Positions 17,543-26,589 of a stretch of DNA of 64,000 nucleotides are shown here, piece by piece (the first letter of the stretch is position 1; each line of letters opens with the position of its first letter). Location: the NCBI GenBank assembly GCA_963665125.2, contig CAXXUK010000001.1, positions 1,184,001 through 1,248,000 on the forward strand. The letters run 5' to 3'. The notes under the pieces are model-generated. The model was not told the DNA's origin, did no database searches, and saw only the letters and a list, made by a program, of their open reading frames with translations. The position numbers and the translations under genes are program-made. The stretch comes from an uncultured Desulfarculus sp. (GTDB lineage: Bacteria; Desulfobacterota; Desulfarculia; Desulfarculales; Desulfarculaceae).

Positions 17543-18298
17543 ATGGCTGAAGGATCGTCGGTGCGCATGTGGCGGGAGTCGGAAAAGGTGCTCAGGGACA
17601 CCATCGGCATGGTGGATGATGAATTCGCGGACCTGACCATGGATTTGCTGTTTGGTCAGCTCTACGGCCGGGAAGACAAGCTGGACCTGAAGACCAGAGA
17701 GCTTTGCATCATCGCCACGTTGACGGCGTTGCACAAACCAGAGGAAATCAAGACCCACCTCACCGCGGCCTTCAACCTGGGCTGGACCTACGAAGAGCTG
17801 CGCGAAATAATGCTTATTTCAGTGCTCACCACCGGTTGGCCCGCAGTGGCCGACGCCCTGCGCCAGTTGGTTGGCTGGTGTCTGGAAAAGGAAGTGCCCC
17901 TGGCGGCCCCGGGCCCCCGAAGGGATGGATACGACAACCTGGACTGGTACGGTATGGGCGAAAAAAAGTGCCAAAGCCTGTTTGGCGAGGGGCCGTGGAA
18001 AGAGCTGACCGACGCCCTGGACCTGCTTGATCCGGACCTGAAAAAATGGGCCGTATCAAACCTTTTCGGCAGGATGCTCACCAGGGGCAGGATCGACGAC
18101 CGCACGGTCTGCCTTTGCTTGACCACGGCCTTTGCCGCCCTCCGCAGCCCCCGGATGCTCAAACCTTTCATTGCCGCCGCGCTCAATAGCGGGGCCAGCG
18201 CTGTTGAAATCGAGGAAGTGCTGTTCCAGGCCGGCCTTTATGCCGGGCAAGGTGCCGTGGCCGACGCCGTGGCCGTATGGAAGGAAGTGCAATCATGA
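17543..18298 (+). CDS. tandem carboxymuconolactone decarboxylase (CMD/AhpD-like) domain protein
   Basis: Two repeats of FG....R..LD.KTRELC..A...AL / H..AA.N.G....EI.E; RBS GGAGG; no CxxC. Confidence 0.75.
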   Translation: MAEGSSVRMWRESEKVLRDTIGMVDDEFADLTMDLLFGQLYGREDKLDLKTRELCIIATLTALHKPEEIKTHLTAAFNLGWTYEELREIMLISVLTTGWPAVADALRQLVGWCLEKEVPLAAPGPRRDGYDNLDWYGMGEKKCQSLFGEGPWKELTDALDLLDPDLKKWAVSNLFGRMLTRGRIDDRTVCLCLTTAFAALRSPRMLKPFIAAALNSGASAVEIEEVLFQAGLYAGQGAVADAVAVWKEVQS

Positions 18299-19167
18299 AA
18301 TCCGTGGGAGTGATCGGCTTGGGCTGGATGGGCAACCCAATGGCCAAGAATCTGGTGAACGCCGGTTTTGAAGTAACGGTCTTTGATCTGCGTCCCGACG
18401 CTGTCGAGGAACTGGCGGCAATGGGAGCGCGCCCGGCGGCCGACCTCGGCGGTTTGGCTGAATGCGACCCGGTGTTGGTTATAGTTCAGACCGGCGATCA
18501 GGTCCGCGGGGTGGTGCGCCAACTGGCCGAAGCTCCAAACAACGGAGAGGGTCGTACGATAGCCATAATGTCCACGGTTACGCCGCAATTGGTGCGCGAG
18601 CTCGCCCAGGAATATGGGCAACAGGGCCTCGAGTTTGTCGACGCTCCGGTGAGCGGCGCGCCCATTGTGGCCCAATTGGCCGCCCTTAGCATCATGGTCG
18701 GCGGCGACCAGTCGGACGTGCAAAAGCTGATGCCCTATTTCAAGGCCATGGGCCAGTCCATAGAGCACATGGGTCCCCTTGGCGCGGGCATGTCCATGAA
18801 GATGGTCAACAATATCATCGGCCTTGCTAACGCCTATATTCTGCCAGAGGCTTTGAAGATGGGCGTCAAGGGAGGCCTTGACGTTGCCCAAATGGTCCAG
18901 GTGATGCGGGCCAGCTCGGGCAGCAACTGGCTTTTAGAAAACTGGGGCATGTACATGGGCCTGTTGGGCATCGTGGCCAATGATCCGCCCCAGCGGGAGA
19001 ACTTCAACCTCATCGCCCGCAAGGACCTGCTCTCAGCCGTGGCCATGGCCGATGACCTGGGGCTTGATTCACCGATTATCCGCTCGGTCCAAAAGATCAT
19101 GGATGACGGAGATATAATCACCCCGGAGATGTTTGAAAAATTATCAGCAGCCCAGGTTGACCAGTAA
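18295..19167 (+). CDS. beta-hydroxyacid dehydrogenase (3-hydroxyisobutyrate dehydrogenase family)
   Basis: GVIGLGWMG, DAPVSG, MVGG, catalytic KMVNN, KDL; ATGA overlap with the CMD gene. Confidence 0.85.
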   Translation: MKSVGVIGLGWMGNPMAKNLVNAGFEVTVFDLRPDAVEELAAMGARPAADLGGLAECDPVLVIVQTGDQVRGVVRQLAEAPNNGEGRTIAIMSTVTPQLVRELAQEYGQQGLEFVDAPVSGAPIVAQLAALSIMVGGDQSDVQKLMPYFKAMGQSIEHMGPLGAGMSMKMVNNIIGLANAYILPEALKMGVKGGLDVAQMVQVMRASSGSNWLLENWGMYMGLLGIVANDPPQRENFNLIARKDLLSAVAMADDLGLDSPIIRSVQKIMDDGDIITPEMFEKLSAAQVDQ

Positions 19168-19185
19168 ATTTCAGGGGATAACGTG

Positions 19186-19231
19186 AACAGCGCCGCCGGG
19201 ATGCCATACACCATTCCGGCGGCGCCGTTTT
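19186..19231. terminator. bidirectional terminator between convergent genes
   Basis: GCGCCGCCGGGAT...ATTCCGGCGGCGC stem followed by GTTTT. Confidence 0.7.
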
Positions 19232-19234
19232 GAA

Positions 19235-19879
19235 CTACACCGAGCGCTCCATGCGGTAATGGGCCACATCTTCAACGCTCAGAACCGGGAAACCCTGTTG
19301 CTCGGCAAACCGGACAATGCCAGGCAGCTTGGCCATGGTGCCGTCGGGATTGGTCAGCTCGCACAGTACGCCATAGGGCCGGAGGCCGGCCAGGCGCATC
19401 AGGTCAACCGTGGCCTCGGTATGGCCCCGGCGCTCGATCACCCCGCCGTCACGGGCCCGCAGGGGAAAGACATGCCCCGGCCTGCTCAGATCAGCAGGCA
19501 CCGCATTGTCGGCGATGGCGGCCTTGACTGTAGTCACCCTGTCGGCCGCCGACACGCCGGTGGTCACGCCCTGGGCGGCCTCGATACTCACCGTGAATGC
19601 CGTGCCGTAGCGGCTGCTGTTGTGATCTGTCATCATGGGCAGATCAAGGGCCTTGATCCTTTCGCCCGTCAGACATAGGCAGACGATACCGCTGCATTCC
19701 CGGATCAGCATAGCCATCTGTTCATCGGTGAGGCTTTGGGCGGCGAAGATCAGATCACCCTCGTTTTCGCGGTCTTCGTCGTCCACCACCAACACTCCGG
19801 AGCCTTTGCCCAAGGCCCCCATGGCGGTTTCCACCCTTTGTACGGATGATCCAAAACGGGTTAACAAGGACTGATTCAT
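19235..19879 (-). CDS. ribB: 3,4-dihydroxy-2-butanone-4-phosphate synthase
   Basis: [50 protein letters not shown]. Confidence 0.96.
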   Translation of the reverse strand: MNQSLLTRFGSSVQRVETAMGALGKGSGVLVVDDEDRENEGDLIFAAQSLTDEQMAMLIRECSGIVCLCLTGERIKALDLPMMTDHNSSRYGTAFTVSIEAAQGVTTGVSAADRVTTVKAAIADNAVPADLSRPGHVFPLRARDGGVIERRGHTEATVDLMRLAGLRPYGVLCELTNPDGTMAKLPGIVRFAEQQGFPVLSVEDVAHYRMERSV

Positions 19880-20009
19880 GGCTCTACTCCTTTAACAATA
19901 ACAGCATGTTGTTGCCAGAATCAGGGCGTGGGACAGGTACGGCGGCGCACATATCAATGCACCGGCCGCTGCACGGGCTGTTGGGCCCGAAAGGCAAAGT
20001 TGACCTGCC

Positions 20010-20156
20010 CTATTCTCTTCCATCCGGACTGTAACCGTCGGCTCCGGCATCTCACCGGATCTGCTGACCCTTGGCTTTTTGCCAAGGCGCTCGCGGGCTC
20101 CCCGCAGTTTTCGCGGGACACCGCCGGTGGGGACTTTCACCCCGCCCTGAGAATAA
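20010..20156 (-). ncRNA. FMN (RFN) riboswitch controlling ribB
   Basis: Minus strand ATTCTCAGGGCGGGGTGAAAGTCCCCACCGGCGGT...AGCCCGCGAGCG...GTCAGCAGATCCGGTGAGATGCCGGAGCCGACGGT..AGTCCGGATGGAAGAGAAT. The downstream CGCCCTGA can pair back with the aptamer 5' end. Confidence 0.96.
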
Positions 20157-20166
20157 GTGTATTGGT

Positions 20167-20194
20167 ACACTATCGCTTATCGAAAATTTGTCAA
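20167..20194 (-). promoter_or_regulatory. sigma70 promoter of the FMN riboswitch-ribB transcript
   Basis: Minus strand TTGACA, 16 bp, TAGTGT just upstream of the aptamer. Confidence 0.6.
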
Positions 20195-20219
20195 GGGGTT
20201 GCCGCAGATGCGGCGGAAG

Positions 20220-20888
20220 CTAGATAATCCCGGCGCATAGGGCCAATTCAAGATGGGAGTCGAAGACCCGGGCGGCCTGATCCAGGTAATGGGCCTTCAG
20301 GGTGGTGGTAAGGGCATAACAGGTGGCTCCGGCCGCTTTTGCCGCCTGGATTCCGGCAGGGGCGTTTTCGATAACCAGGCAAGCGGACGGATCGGCCGAC
20401 AAGGCCCGCGCAGCCGCCAGATAGGGTTCCGGCTCTGGTTTGTGCCGGCTTACGTCTTCGGAGGTGACGATATGGCTGAACATGTTATATAGCTCAGAGC
20501 CAAGGCTGGACTCCACCACCGGGCGGCTGGAACTGGTAACCAGGGCCAGAGGAATGCCGTTGTTGGCCACGCGCCTGATCACCTCCACGGCCTCGGGAAA
20601 AGGACGCACTTCGTCGGCGTGGCGTTCTATATACATTTTGGCCTGACGGGGCAAAAGCTCGGCCATGAGTCCGGCGGCCTGATCCGGCGTCAGTTTTTGG
20701 GACGCACCGGCCAATTCGCATAGCACCTGGGGCTTCAAACAGCCCTCGTGGCGCAAGATAAACTCCAGATCAACCCGGAAGCCCTTTTCGAAAAGAAGTT
20801 CGCGCCAGCAGGCCGCATGGCGGTCCATGGTGTCCAGGACAACCCCATCCATATCAAAAAGCACCGCCTGGAATGCCCTGCCAGTCAT
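20220..20888 (-). CDS. HAD-family hydrolase (beta-PGM/CbbY-like)
   Basis: FDMDGV, VTSS, KPEPEPYL, IENAPAG; ATG 20888 overlaps the upstream stop (ATGA). Confidence 0.85.
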   Translation of the reverse strand: MTGRAFQAVLFDMDGVVLDTMDRHAACWRELLFEKGFRVDLEFILRHEGCLKPQVLCELAGASQKLTPDQAAGLMAELLPRQAKMYIERHADEVRPFPEAVEVIRRVANNGIPLALVTSSSRPVVESSLGSELYNMFSHIVTSEDVSRHKPEPEPYLAAARALSADPSACLVIENAPAGIQAAKAAGATCYALTTTLKAHYLDQAARVFDSHLELALCAGII

Positions 20889-21547
20889 TTTGCCGCACCG
20901 CCGTTGAAATCCACATAACTGACCACGCCGTGGCAACGGCAGGCCGTGGCCAGCAGCCACTCGCCGCCAAGACGGCCGACTTCCTGTTTCAATTGAAGCA
21001 TCTCGTGCACGGGCAGTCCGCCCACGCCCGGTGCCAGTTGGAGGCTGCGCACAACGCCCACCCGCATGCCCACGGCCTTTATATCGGAAATCCGCTTGAA
21101 CATGGGGGTGCCCCTTGGTTTGCCGGTATGGGTGCACACTTCCACAGGCTCCGGGCAATCGTCGGGGCACATGAAATCGGCCAGGCTGAGATAAGCCTCG
21201 CCGCCTTCACCTCTATGCAGCATCTTGACTTCGGGGATCAGATGATCCGGCACCGGTCCAAAAACCGGATTTTTCCGCGCCAAATCAGCGGCTATCCATT
21301 TTGCCAGGAGATGAATAGGCGCCGCGGGGATGATCCATTTCACCGGCGTTTTGCGCCCTGCAAGGGCCTCGACCACGGCATCCACGGCGTCCTTTTGCCA
21401 TAGTTCCGCGCCGGCAGCCTCGGTCAAGCCGGCAACCTCCCGGTCAGGCTGCATATCGGCCACAATGGCGATGCGCTCGGGTATGCGCTGGAGGGCAAGC
21501 TTGCCGAACCGCCCCCCGCCAACCAGCATTATATTTTTTTTAACCAT
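20885..21547 (-). CDS. uncharacterised protein: Rossmann-like N-terminus plus Cys-rich putative metal-binding C-terminus
   Basis: LVGGGRFG, CPDDCPEPVEVC, QLAPGVGG, ACRCHG; tightly coupled to both neighbours. Confidence 0.7.
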   Translation of the reverse strand: MVKKNIMLVGGGRFGKLALQRIPERIAIVADMQPDREVAGLTEAAGAELWQKDAVDAVVEALAGRKTPVKWIIPAAPIHLLAKWIAADLARKNPVFGPVPDHLIPEVKMLHRGEGGEAYLSLADFMCPDDCPEPVEVCTHTGKPRGTPMFKRISDIKAVGMRVGVVRSLQLAPGVGGLPVHEMLQLKQEVGRLGGEWLLATACRCHGVVSYVDFNGGAAK

Positions 21548-21548
21548 A

Positions 21549-22781
21549 TCATTTTTTCGGTACGTAGGAAGTCCAGTGTTCAACAGCGGGGTGGATATGC
21601 AGGAAACCAAATTCCTGCCCCAGTTCCATAATGATAACCACACTGAACAGTACCAGCAACAATACGCCCCAAAGGCGGGGCGCCGGCCAGCCCTGGGGCC
21701 GCCGCAGGATCAGCACCAGAGCTGGCGCCAGGCCTATGAATATGCCCAGCCCCAGGCCGCCGGCCACATCCAGCGCAACCAGAAACAGGTCCGGCCAGAT
21801 CAGCACAACCAGAAGCGGAGGAAGAAAAGTTATCAAGGGCTTGGCCCACCGCTCACGGCCGCCGATGTATTTTGAGGCCAGATCGCCCCAAAATGCCATT
21901 AGGCCCGCTCCGACGCCGAGATAGCTGGTGAAGATGGCCGTAAGGGAAAAGATCATGCCCATCAGCGTAACCTGGGTAGAGTGAATGCCCTTGGCCAGGG
22001 GAACCGTGGCGGGCTGATCCAATTCAAAGGCCTTCAAGATGCTGGCCTCGCCGCCTGTCATGGGCAGGGCTCCGATAAAGGCCAGCAGACACAGGCTGCC
22101 CACCACCCAGGGTATCAGCGAGCCTATAACCATGGCGCTGAAAATCCTTTTACGGTTTCCGCCCATATAGCGGCAGGTGAGAGGCACGAGGTTATGAAAG
22201 GCAAGGCTGCAGGTTATCACCGGCAAGGTGGCCGGCAGATAGCCCCAATCCACATAATACAGGCGCTGTGCATCCATATGCTGGAACGTAAAATAAAGCA
22301 AAGCCGCCAGGCTGATGAAAAGCAAGGCCATAATATATGCGTTCAGACGCATCAGCAGTTCATGGCCGAACAGGCAGGCGGCCGTGGCCACGGCGAAAAA
22401 TGACAACATGGCCACCGCGCCGGAGCCGCCGATCCCCAATAACGAATTGATCACCGACCCCGCGCCGGCCAGATAGGCCACCATGATGCCATAATAGTTG
22501 ATCAGATAACCGGTCAGAGCCAGCCATTTGGCCCAGGTTCCCAGTTCGTTCTGGTAAATGGTGGCCAGATCGGCTTTTGGATCGTGACAGCGCAGATAGG
22601 CCCCGGCAATGACCCAGGCCGTGGCCATGCTGGCCACCCAAATTAAGGTCATGCCCACCATTGCGGGCCAGAATCCGGTTAGGCCGGTCTGAATGGGCAG
22701 GCCCAGGATGCCCGCTCCTACCGCCGCGCCGCCGATCAGCAGCGCGGCATGAAACACATTGGTGGTTTGCTTGGCGGGCAT
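21549..22781 (-). CDS. aromatic amino acid permease (TyrP/Mtr, HAAAP family)
   Basis: LLIGGAAVGAGILGLP, FHNLVP, AIFTSYLGVG, TFLPPL; about 11 TM segments. Confidence 0.85.
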   Translation of the reverse strand: MPAKQTTNVFHAALLIGGAAVGAGILGLPIQTGLTGFWPAMVGMTLIWVASMATAWVIAGAYLRCHDPKADLATIYQNELGTWAKWLALTGYLINYYGIMVAYLAGAGSVINSLLGIGGSGAVAMLSFFAVATAACLFGHELLMRLNAYIMALLFISLAALLYFTFQHMDAQRLYYVDWGYLPATLPVITCSLAFHNLVPLTCRYMGGNRKRIFSAMVIGSLIPWVVGSLCLLAFIGALPMTGGEASILKAFELDQPATVPLAKGIHSTQVTLMGMIFSLTAIFTSYLGVGAGLMAFWGDLASKYIGGRERWAKPLITFLPPLLVVLIWPDLFLVALDVAGGLGLGIFIGLAPALVLILRRPQGWPAPRLWGVLLLVLFSVVIIMELGQEFGFLHIHPAVEHWTSYVPKK

Positions 22782-22882
22782 TACTGGTATTCTCCGGATG
22801 TTGATAAATTAGATAAATGTTTTTAAAATGTTAGCAGATTGCTCCCGTAAATGTAACAATACTTGGCACATTGTGGCTTTGA

Positions 22883-23374
22883 CTACTTCAAAGGCAGTTT
22901 TCGCAATACAGCATCATCGACCCAGACCTGGCCGACACCGTTGATGACCAGGTTCAGGGTGACTTTGGTGGCCTTTTGCCCTTTTTTAAGGACAAACTCG
23001 GTTTTGATACCCTTCCAGCCGCCGTCACCATTGGCCTGATCATTCAGGCCCCTGGAAAAATAGCCGCGCCCGGCGACCTCCACCCACATCTCCAGGTATG
23101 CACTGCCTTGCAGGCGGCTTTTCACCTTTGCCTGATACACCAGGCGGGCATTGTCAACCTCAAGGCCGTCAATCTGGCCAAGACAAACCACGGCGGGCCA
23201 CTTCGTTTGGATGTTGATGGAAGCCTCACCCTGAGTCTTGTATGTGGAGTCGGCCTTGATCTGCGGGCTGACCAGGGCAGCATCGTCCAGCGGCAGGTTT
23301 AACAGATTATCGGCCATGCCCGGGGCCGCAAAAGTAACAACAAAAATGAGACACATGATAGTTGCACGGCGCAT
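22883..23374 (-). CDS. exported beta-sandwich (carbohydrate-binding-module-like) hypothetical protein
   Basis: Signal peptide MRRAT...PGMA; beta-rich sequence ending G.G.VWVDD. Confidence 0.65.
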   Translation of the reverse strand: MRRATIMCLIFVVTFAAPGMADNLLNLPLDDAALVSPQIKADSTYKTQGEASINIQTKWPAVVCLGQIDGLEVDNARLVYQAKVKSRLQGSAYLEMWVEVAGRGYFSRGLNDQANGDGGWKGIKTEFVLKKGQKATKVTLNLVINGVGQVWVDDAVLRKLPLK

Positions 23375-23453
23375 GTCATTACCCCACTTTCCGTTATTGG
23401 CAACATAATTACTGACTATTTCCGCGAAAACGCGCCAACTGCAAGGAAAATGC

Positions 23454-23488
23454 AAAAAAAAGAGCCAAACCTATTGGTCTGGCTCTTT
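23454..23488 (-). terminator. terminator after tRNA-Cys
   Basis: AAAGAGCCA...TGGCTCTTT stem with a minus-strand T tract. Confidence 0.7.
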
Positions 23489-23501
23489 GGGTCCTTTTTT
23501 T

Positions 23502-23576
23502 TGGAGGCGGCGACCGGATTTGAACCGGTGAATAACGGATTTGCAGTCCGCTGCCTTACCACTTGGCTACGCCGCC
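23502..23576 (-). tRNA. tRNA-Cys (GCA)
   Basis: Minus strand GGCGGCGTAGCCAAGTGGTAAGGCAGCGGACT-GCA-AATCCG...GGTTCAAATCCGGTCGCCGCCTCCA. Confidence 0.97.
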
Positions 23577-23633
23577 GTATATAGCTGAATTGTCTTTGGG
23601 TACGCCGCGTTATGCAGCCCCGAAAACAGGGCA

Positions 23634-23662
23634 ATCTTATAGGCTCGCGCCCAAGGTGTCAA
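23634..23662 (-). promoter_or_regulatory. sigma70 promoter of tRNA-Cys
   Basis: Minus strand TTGACA, 17 bp, TAAGAT. Confidence 0.65.
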
Positions 23663-23667
23663 GGGTT

Positions 23668-24288
23668 TCAAGCCTGCTCTTGTTCAGCATTGGCTGCGGC
23701 CTTTTCATCCAGTAGTTTTAAAAACGCGTCGACTATATTCGGGTCAAGGGTAAGTCCGGCGTCTTCCAGCATTATTTCCCTGGCCTCCTGTTCATTCATT
23801 GCGTCGGTGGTGCCGTGGCCACGCACAAGTGTCTGATATGCATGCAGAACAGAAACCAGGCGAGCCAGTTTCGGAACCTGTTCCCCCTTCAGGCCATCGG
23901 GGAACCCGGAACCGTCCCAGTGCTCATGGTGATGGCGCACCACGGGCAAGATGGGCAACATGCAGGAAACATTTTTCAGCAGTTCGGCGCCCAATTCCGG
24001 GTGCTGGTTTTCCATGTCCGCGTTGTGAGCGTTTTCAGCCTGCCAATCCTGTAAACTCATGGGAGAGGTGAGATACCCCACATCATGGAACAGCCCACCC
24101 AAAAAAGCCGCGCGCTGAAGACCGTCATCCCAACCCAGCCGGGACGCCACTTCCTTGCATAATTTGGCCAACTCCTGGCTGTGCTCGAGAAGCTTGGGGC
24201 TGATCAACCGGTAGGCGTTTACCAGCAGATGTGTAACATCGGGCAGGGCCTTGAGTTGGTCCTCGGAAAATAGTGCTTGCTCGGTCAT
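23668..24288 (-). CDS. stand-alone HD-GYP-like domain protein with degenerate motifs
   Basis: HS, HDVG, HP..G, HHEHWDGSGFPDGLKGE, LDP.IV..F; start uncertain (ATG 24288 has AGGGA upstream). Confidence 0.8.
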   Translation of the reverse strand: MTEQALFSEDQLKALPDVTHLLVNAYRLISPKLLEHSQELAKLCKEVASRLGWDDGLQRAAFLGGLFHDVGYLTSPMSLQDWQAENAHNADMENQHPELGAELLKNVSCMLPILPVVRHHHEHWDGSGFPDGLKGEQVPKLARLVSVLHAYQTLVRGHGTTDAMNEQEAREIMLEDAGLTLDPNIVDAFLKLLDEKAAANAEQEQA

Positions 24289-24344
24289 ATAATACATCCC
24301 TGTTGCTAACGTGATGATTATGAATAATACCTTAAAAGCAGGCA

Positions 24345-24375
24345 CAAAAAAAAGCCAGCCCCGAAAGGCTGGCTG
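24345..24375 (-). terminator. terminator after tRNA-Gly
   Basis: Minus strand AGCCAGCC-tttcgg-GGCTGGCT followed by a T run. Confidence 0.8.
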
Positions 24376-24386
24376 GTACTCCTTGG

Positions 24387-24461
<75 letters not shown>

Positions 24462-24475
24462 AAGTTCCGTGAGCA

Positions 24476-24503
24476 ATAATACATGATTACGTTACGTTGT
24501 CAA
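24476..24503 (-). promoter_or_regulatory. sigma70 promoter of tRNA-Gly
   Basis: Minus strand TTGACA, 16 bp, TATTAT. Confidence 0.65.
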
Positions 24504-24510
24504 GGCTGCC

Positions 24511-25095
24511 TTATTGCATTTTTTCATCTGAATTTTGCTCCAGGCTGCGTTTGAATTGCACAAAGTAAGACAGCCCGGACCAAGCCGTTAAAATCACCGC
24601 CACCCACAGCACATAGGAACCCCAGACATGCATCTGGGCCGCGCCGATAGTCTCCGGCAGGATCAGTAAAAATACCGCCAACATCTGAACAGCGGTCTTG
24701 AATTTGCCCAGATAGTCGCTGGGCACGGTAAGCCCCTGTGACGAAGCCAGTGCCCGCATGCCCGTGACCGCTATTTCGCGGCCAACGATAATCACGCTCA
24801 TCCAGGCCGGAGCCCTGCCGATGTCGGTAAGCACTATCAGCAACGAAGCGATAAGCAATTTGTCTGACACCGGGTCCAGAAACTGGCCGATCAAGGTGAC
24901 CTTCTTTAGCCTGCGGGCCAAAATGCCGTCGAATAGATCGGTCAGACCAGCCACGAAAAACAAGCCGCCCGTAGCCCAGGCGAAGCCCCTGCCCGGCTGA
25001 TAAAGCATTATCAGCAAAAAGGGGATCGAACCCATGCGCAGCATGCTGAGCAGGTTCGGCAGGTTGAACAGGTCTTCCCTCCTGGCCGGTGTCAT
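24511..25095 (-). CDS. pgsA: CDP-diacylglycerol--glycerol-3-phosphate 3-phosphatidyltransferase
   Basis: NLPNLLSMLR, TDLFDGILAR...GQFLDPVSDK (CDP-alcohol phosphotransferase motif), GRE, GKFKT..QM. Confidence 0.93.
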   Translation of the reverse strand: MTPARREDLFNLPNLLSMLRMGSIPFLLIMLYQPGRGFAWATGGLFFVAGLTDLFDGILARRLKKVTLIGQFLDPVSDKLLIASLLIVLTDIGRAPAWMSVIIVGREIAVTGMRALASSQGLTVPSDYLGKFKTAVQMLAVFLLILPETIGAAQMHVWGSYVLWVAVILTAWSGLSYFVQFKRSLEQNSDEKMQ

Positions 25096-25117
25096 GCTAA
25101 GTGCCTCGTTCCTTTCG

Positions 25118-25762
25118 CTATTTGGCTCGTTTCTCCCAATCGGCCAGGAATGCCGCCAGACCATTGTCGGTCAGCGGGTGAGCCAACAGCTGGTTGATGA
25201 CCTTCAGCGGGATGGTGCAGACATCGGCGCCCATCAAGGCGGCGTCCACCACATGCATGGGGTTGCGGATGCTGGCCACCAGGACCTCGGTGTCAAAAGC
25301 GTAATTGTCGTAGATGTCGACAATCTGGCTGATCAGGTCCATGCCGTTTTGGGAGATGTCGTCCAAGCGGCCCACGAACGGGCTGATATAGGCCGCACCG
25401 GCCTTGGCGGCCAAAAGCGCCTGCATGGGCGAGAAGCACAGCGTCGTGTTGACCTTGATGCCCTTGTCCGAAAGGGTTTTGATGGCCTTGAGGCCTTCCC
25501 TGATGATCGGAATCTTGATGACGACATTGTCGGCCCAGGCGGCGTATTTCTCGGCCTCGGCGACCATCTCATCGTGGGTAACGCCGACACACTCAACGCT
25601 GACCGGCCCGGGAACCTCGTCGAGGATCTCGCGGATGCACTTTTCAAAGGGCTTGCCGGTTTTGGCGACCAGCGAGGGGTTGGTGGTCACGCCATCCAAT
25701 ACGCCCAGGCTTTTCGCTTCCTTGATTTCACTGATGTCTGCGGTGTCGATAAAGATTTTCAT
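25118..25762 (-). CDS. fsa: transaldolase / fructose-6-phosphate aldolase (MipB/TalC type)
   Basis: [42 protein letters not shown]. Confidence 0.92.
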   Translation of the reverse strand: MKIFIDTADISEIKEAKSLGVLDGVTTNPSLVAKTGKPFEKCIREILDEVPGPVSVECVGVTHDEMVAEAEKYAAWADNVVIKIPIIREGLKAIKTLSDKGIKVNTTLCFSPMQALLAAKAGAAYISPFVGRLDDISQNGMDLISQIVDIYDNYAFDTEVLVASIRNPMHVVDAALMGADVCTIPLKVINQLLAHPLTDNGLAAFLADWEKRAK

Positions 25763-25800
25763 GGCTATCCTCCAAACGCCATGCAAAGGTGATCAATCAA

Positions 25801-26082
25801 TTATCTGTTGCGACCAGCTAAATACTCGTCGCGGCATTTCTCGCTGCAAAAATAGACCTCTTTGCCGTTTATCCTGGCCCGCAGGGCGTCGCTCCTGGGC
25901 AGGTAGGTCTGGCACTGGGGGTCTTGGACCAGTTCTTCAATGAACTCCCGGCGTTGGGCCTGGTTTTTATCAACCTGGGGCCGCTGCCGGTTGGCATTGA
26001 ACATCCAGTTGCGAATGGCCCGGTATATGAACCACACGCAAAATCCGATCAGTATGAGGCGCAACAAGCCCCAAAGCCCCAC
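25801..26082 (-). CDS. membrane-anchored YHS/TRASH domain protein
   Basis: N-terminal TM, then LVQDPQCQTY...YFCSEKC; start uncertain (GTG overlapping the folK stop). Confidence 0.75.
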   Translation of the reverse strand: MGLWGLLRLILIGFCVWFIYRAIRNWMFNANRQRPQVDKNQAQRREFIEELVQDPQCQTYLPRSDALRARINGKEVYFCSEKCRDEYLAGRNR

Positions 26083-26585
26083 TACAAACTCTCGACTTTC
26101 TGGGCCCTTTTTTCCGGTTCCGGCAACAAGTCCAACAACTCTCCGCACGTCTTGGCAATACCCGGTATTAACAGATCAGCTGCCAACTCGGCCAGCGGAA
26201 TCAGCACGAACGCCCTGCCCCGCATCTCCGGATGAGGCACCCTCAGCTTGGGCAATTCTATTATTTCATTGCCAAATATCAATAGATCCAGGTCCAGGAG
26301 CCTGGGGCCCCATTTTTCCTCACGCACCCGGCCCAGCCTGGTCTCGATGGCCAGAAGGTCATCAAGCAAATCCAGGGCATCGCCCTGGTAGTCAAACCCG
26401 GCCACGGCGTTGACAAAATCCGGCTGATCGGTTTTGCCCACCGGCGCGGTGCGGTACAAAGACGACATCACCGCATTGCCGACACCGGCCAAGCGGCATA
26501 CCATGTCCATACCCGCACGGATCTGCCCCACCGGATCACCCAGGTTGGCGCCCAGGCCGATATAGGCCCTGACGGCCTCGCCCAT
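26082..26585 (-). CDS. folK: 2-amino-4-hydroxy-6-hydroxymethyldihydropteridine pyrophosphokinase
   Basis: YIGLGANLGD, QPDFVNAV, WGPRLLDLDLL, VPHP, RAFVLIPL. Confidence 0.95.
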   Translation of the reverse strand: MGEAVRAYIGLGANLGDPVGQIRAGMDMVCRLAGVGNAVMSSLYRTAPVGKTDQPDFVNAVAGFDYQGDALDLLDDLLAIETRLGRVREEKWGPRLLDLDLLIFGNEIIELPKLRVPHPEMRGRAFVLIPLAELAADLLIPGIAKTCGELLDLLPEPEKRAQKVESL

Positions 26586-26589
26586 GGTC

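Noticed and set aside
22860..22880. TGGCAC sigma54-like motif (also at ~61610)
   Set aside because: The -12 element is missing or mis-spaced, and at 22864 it faces away from the nearby gene.
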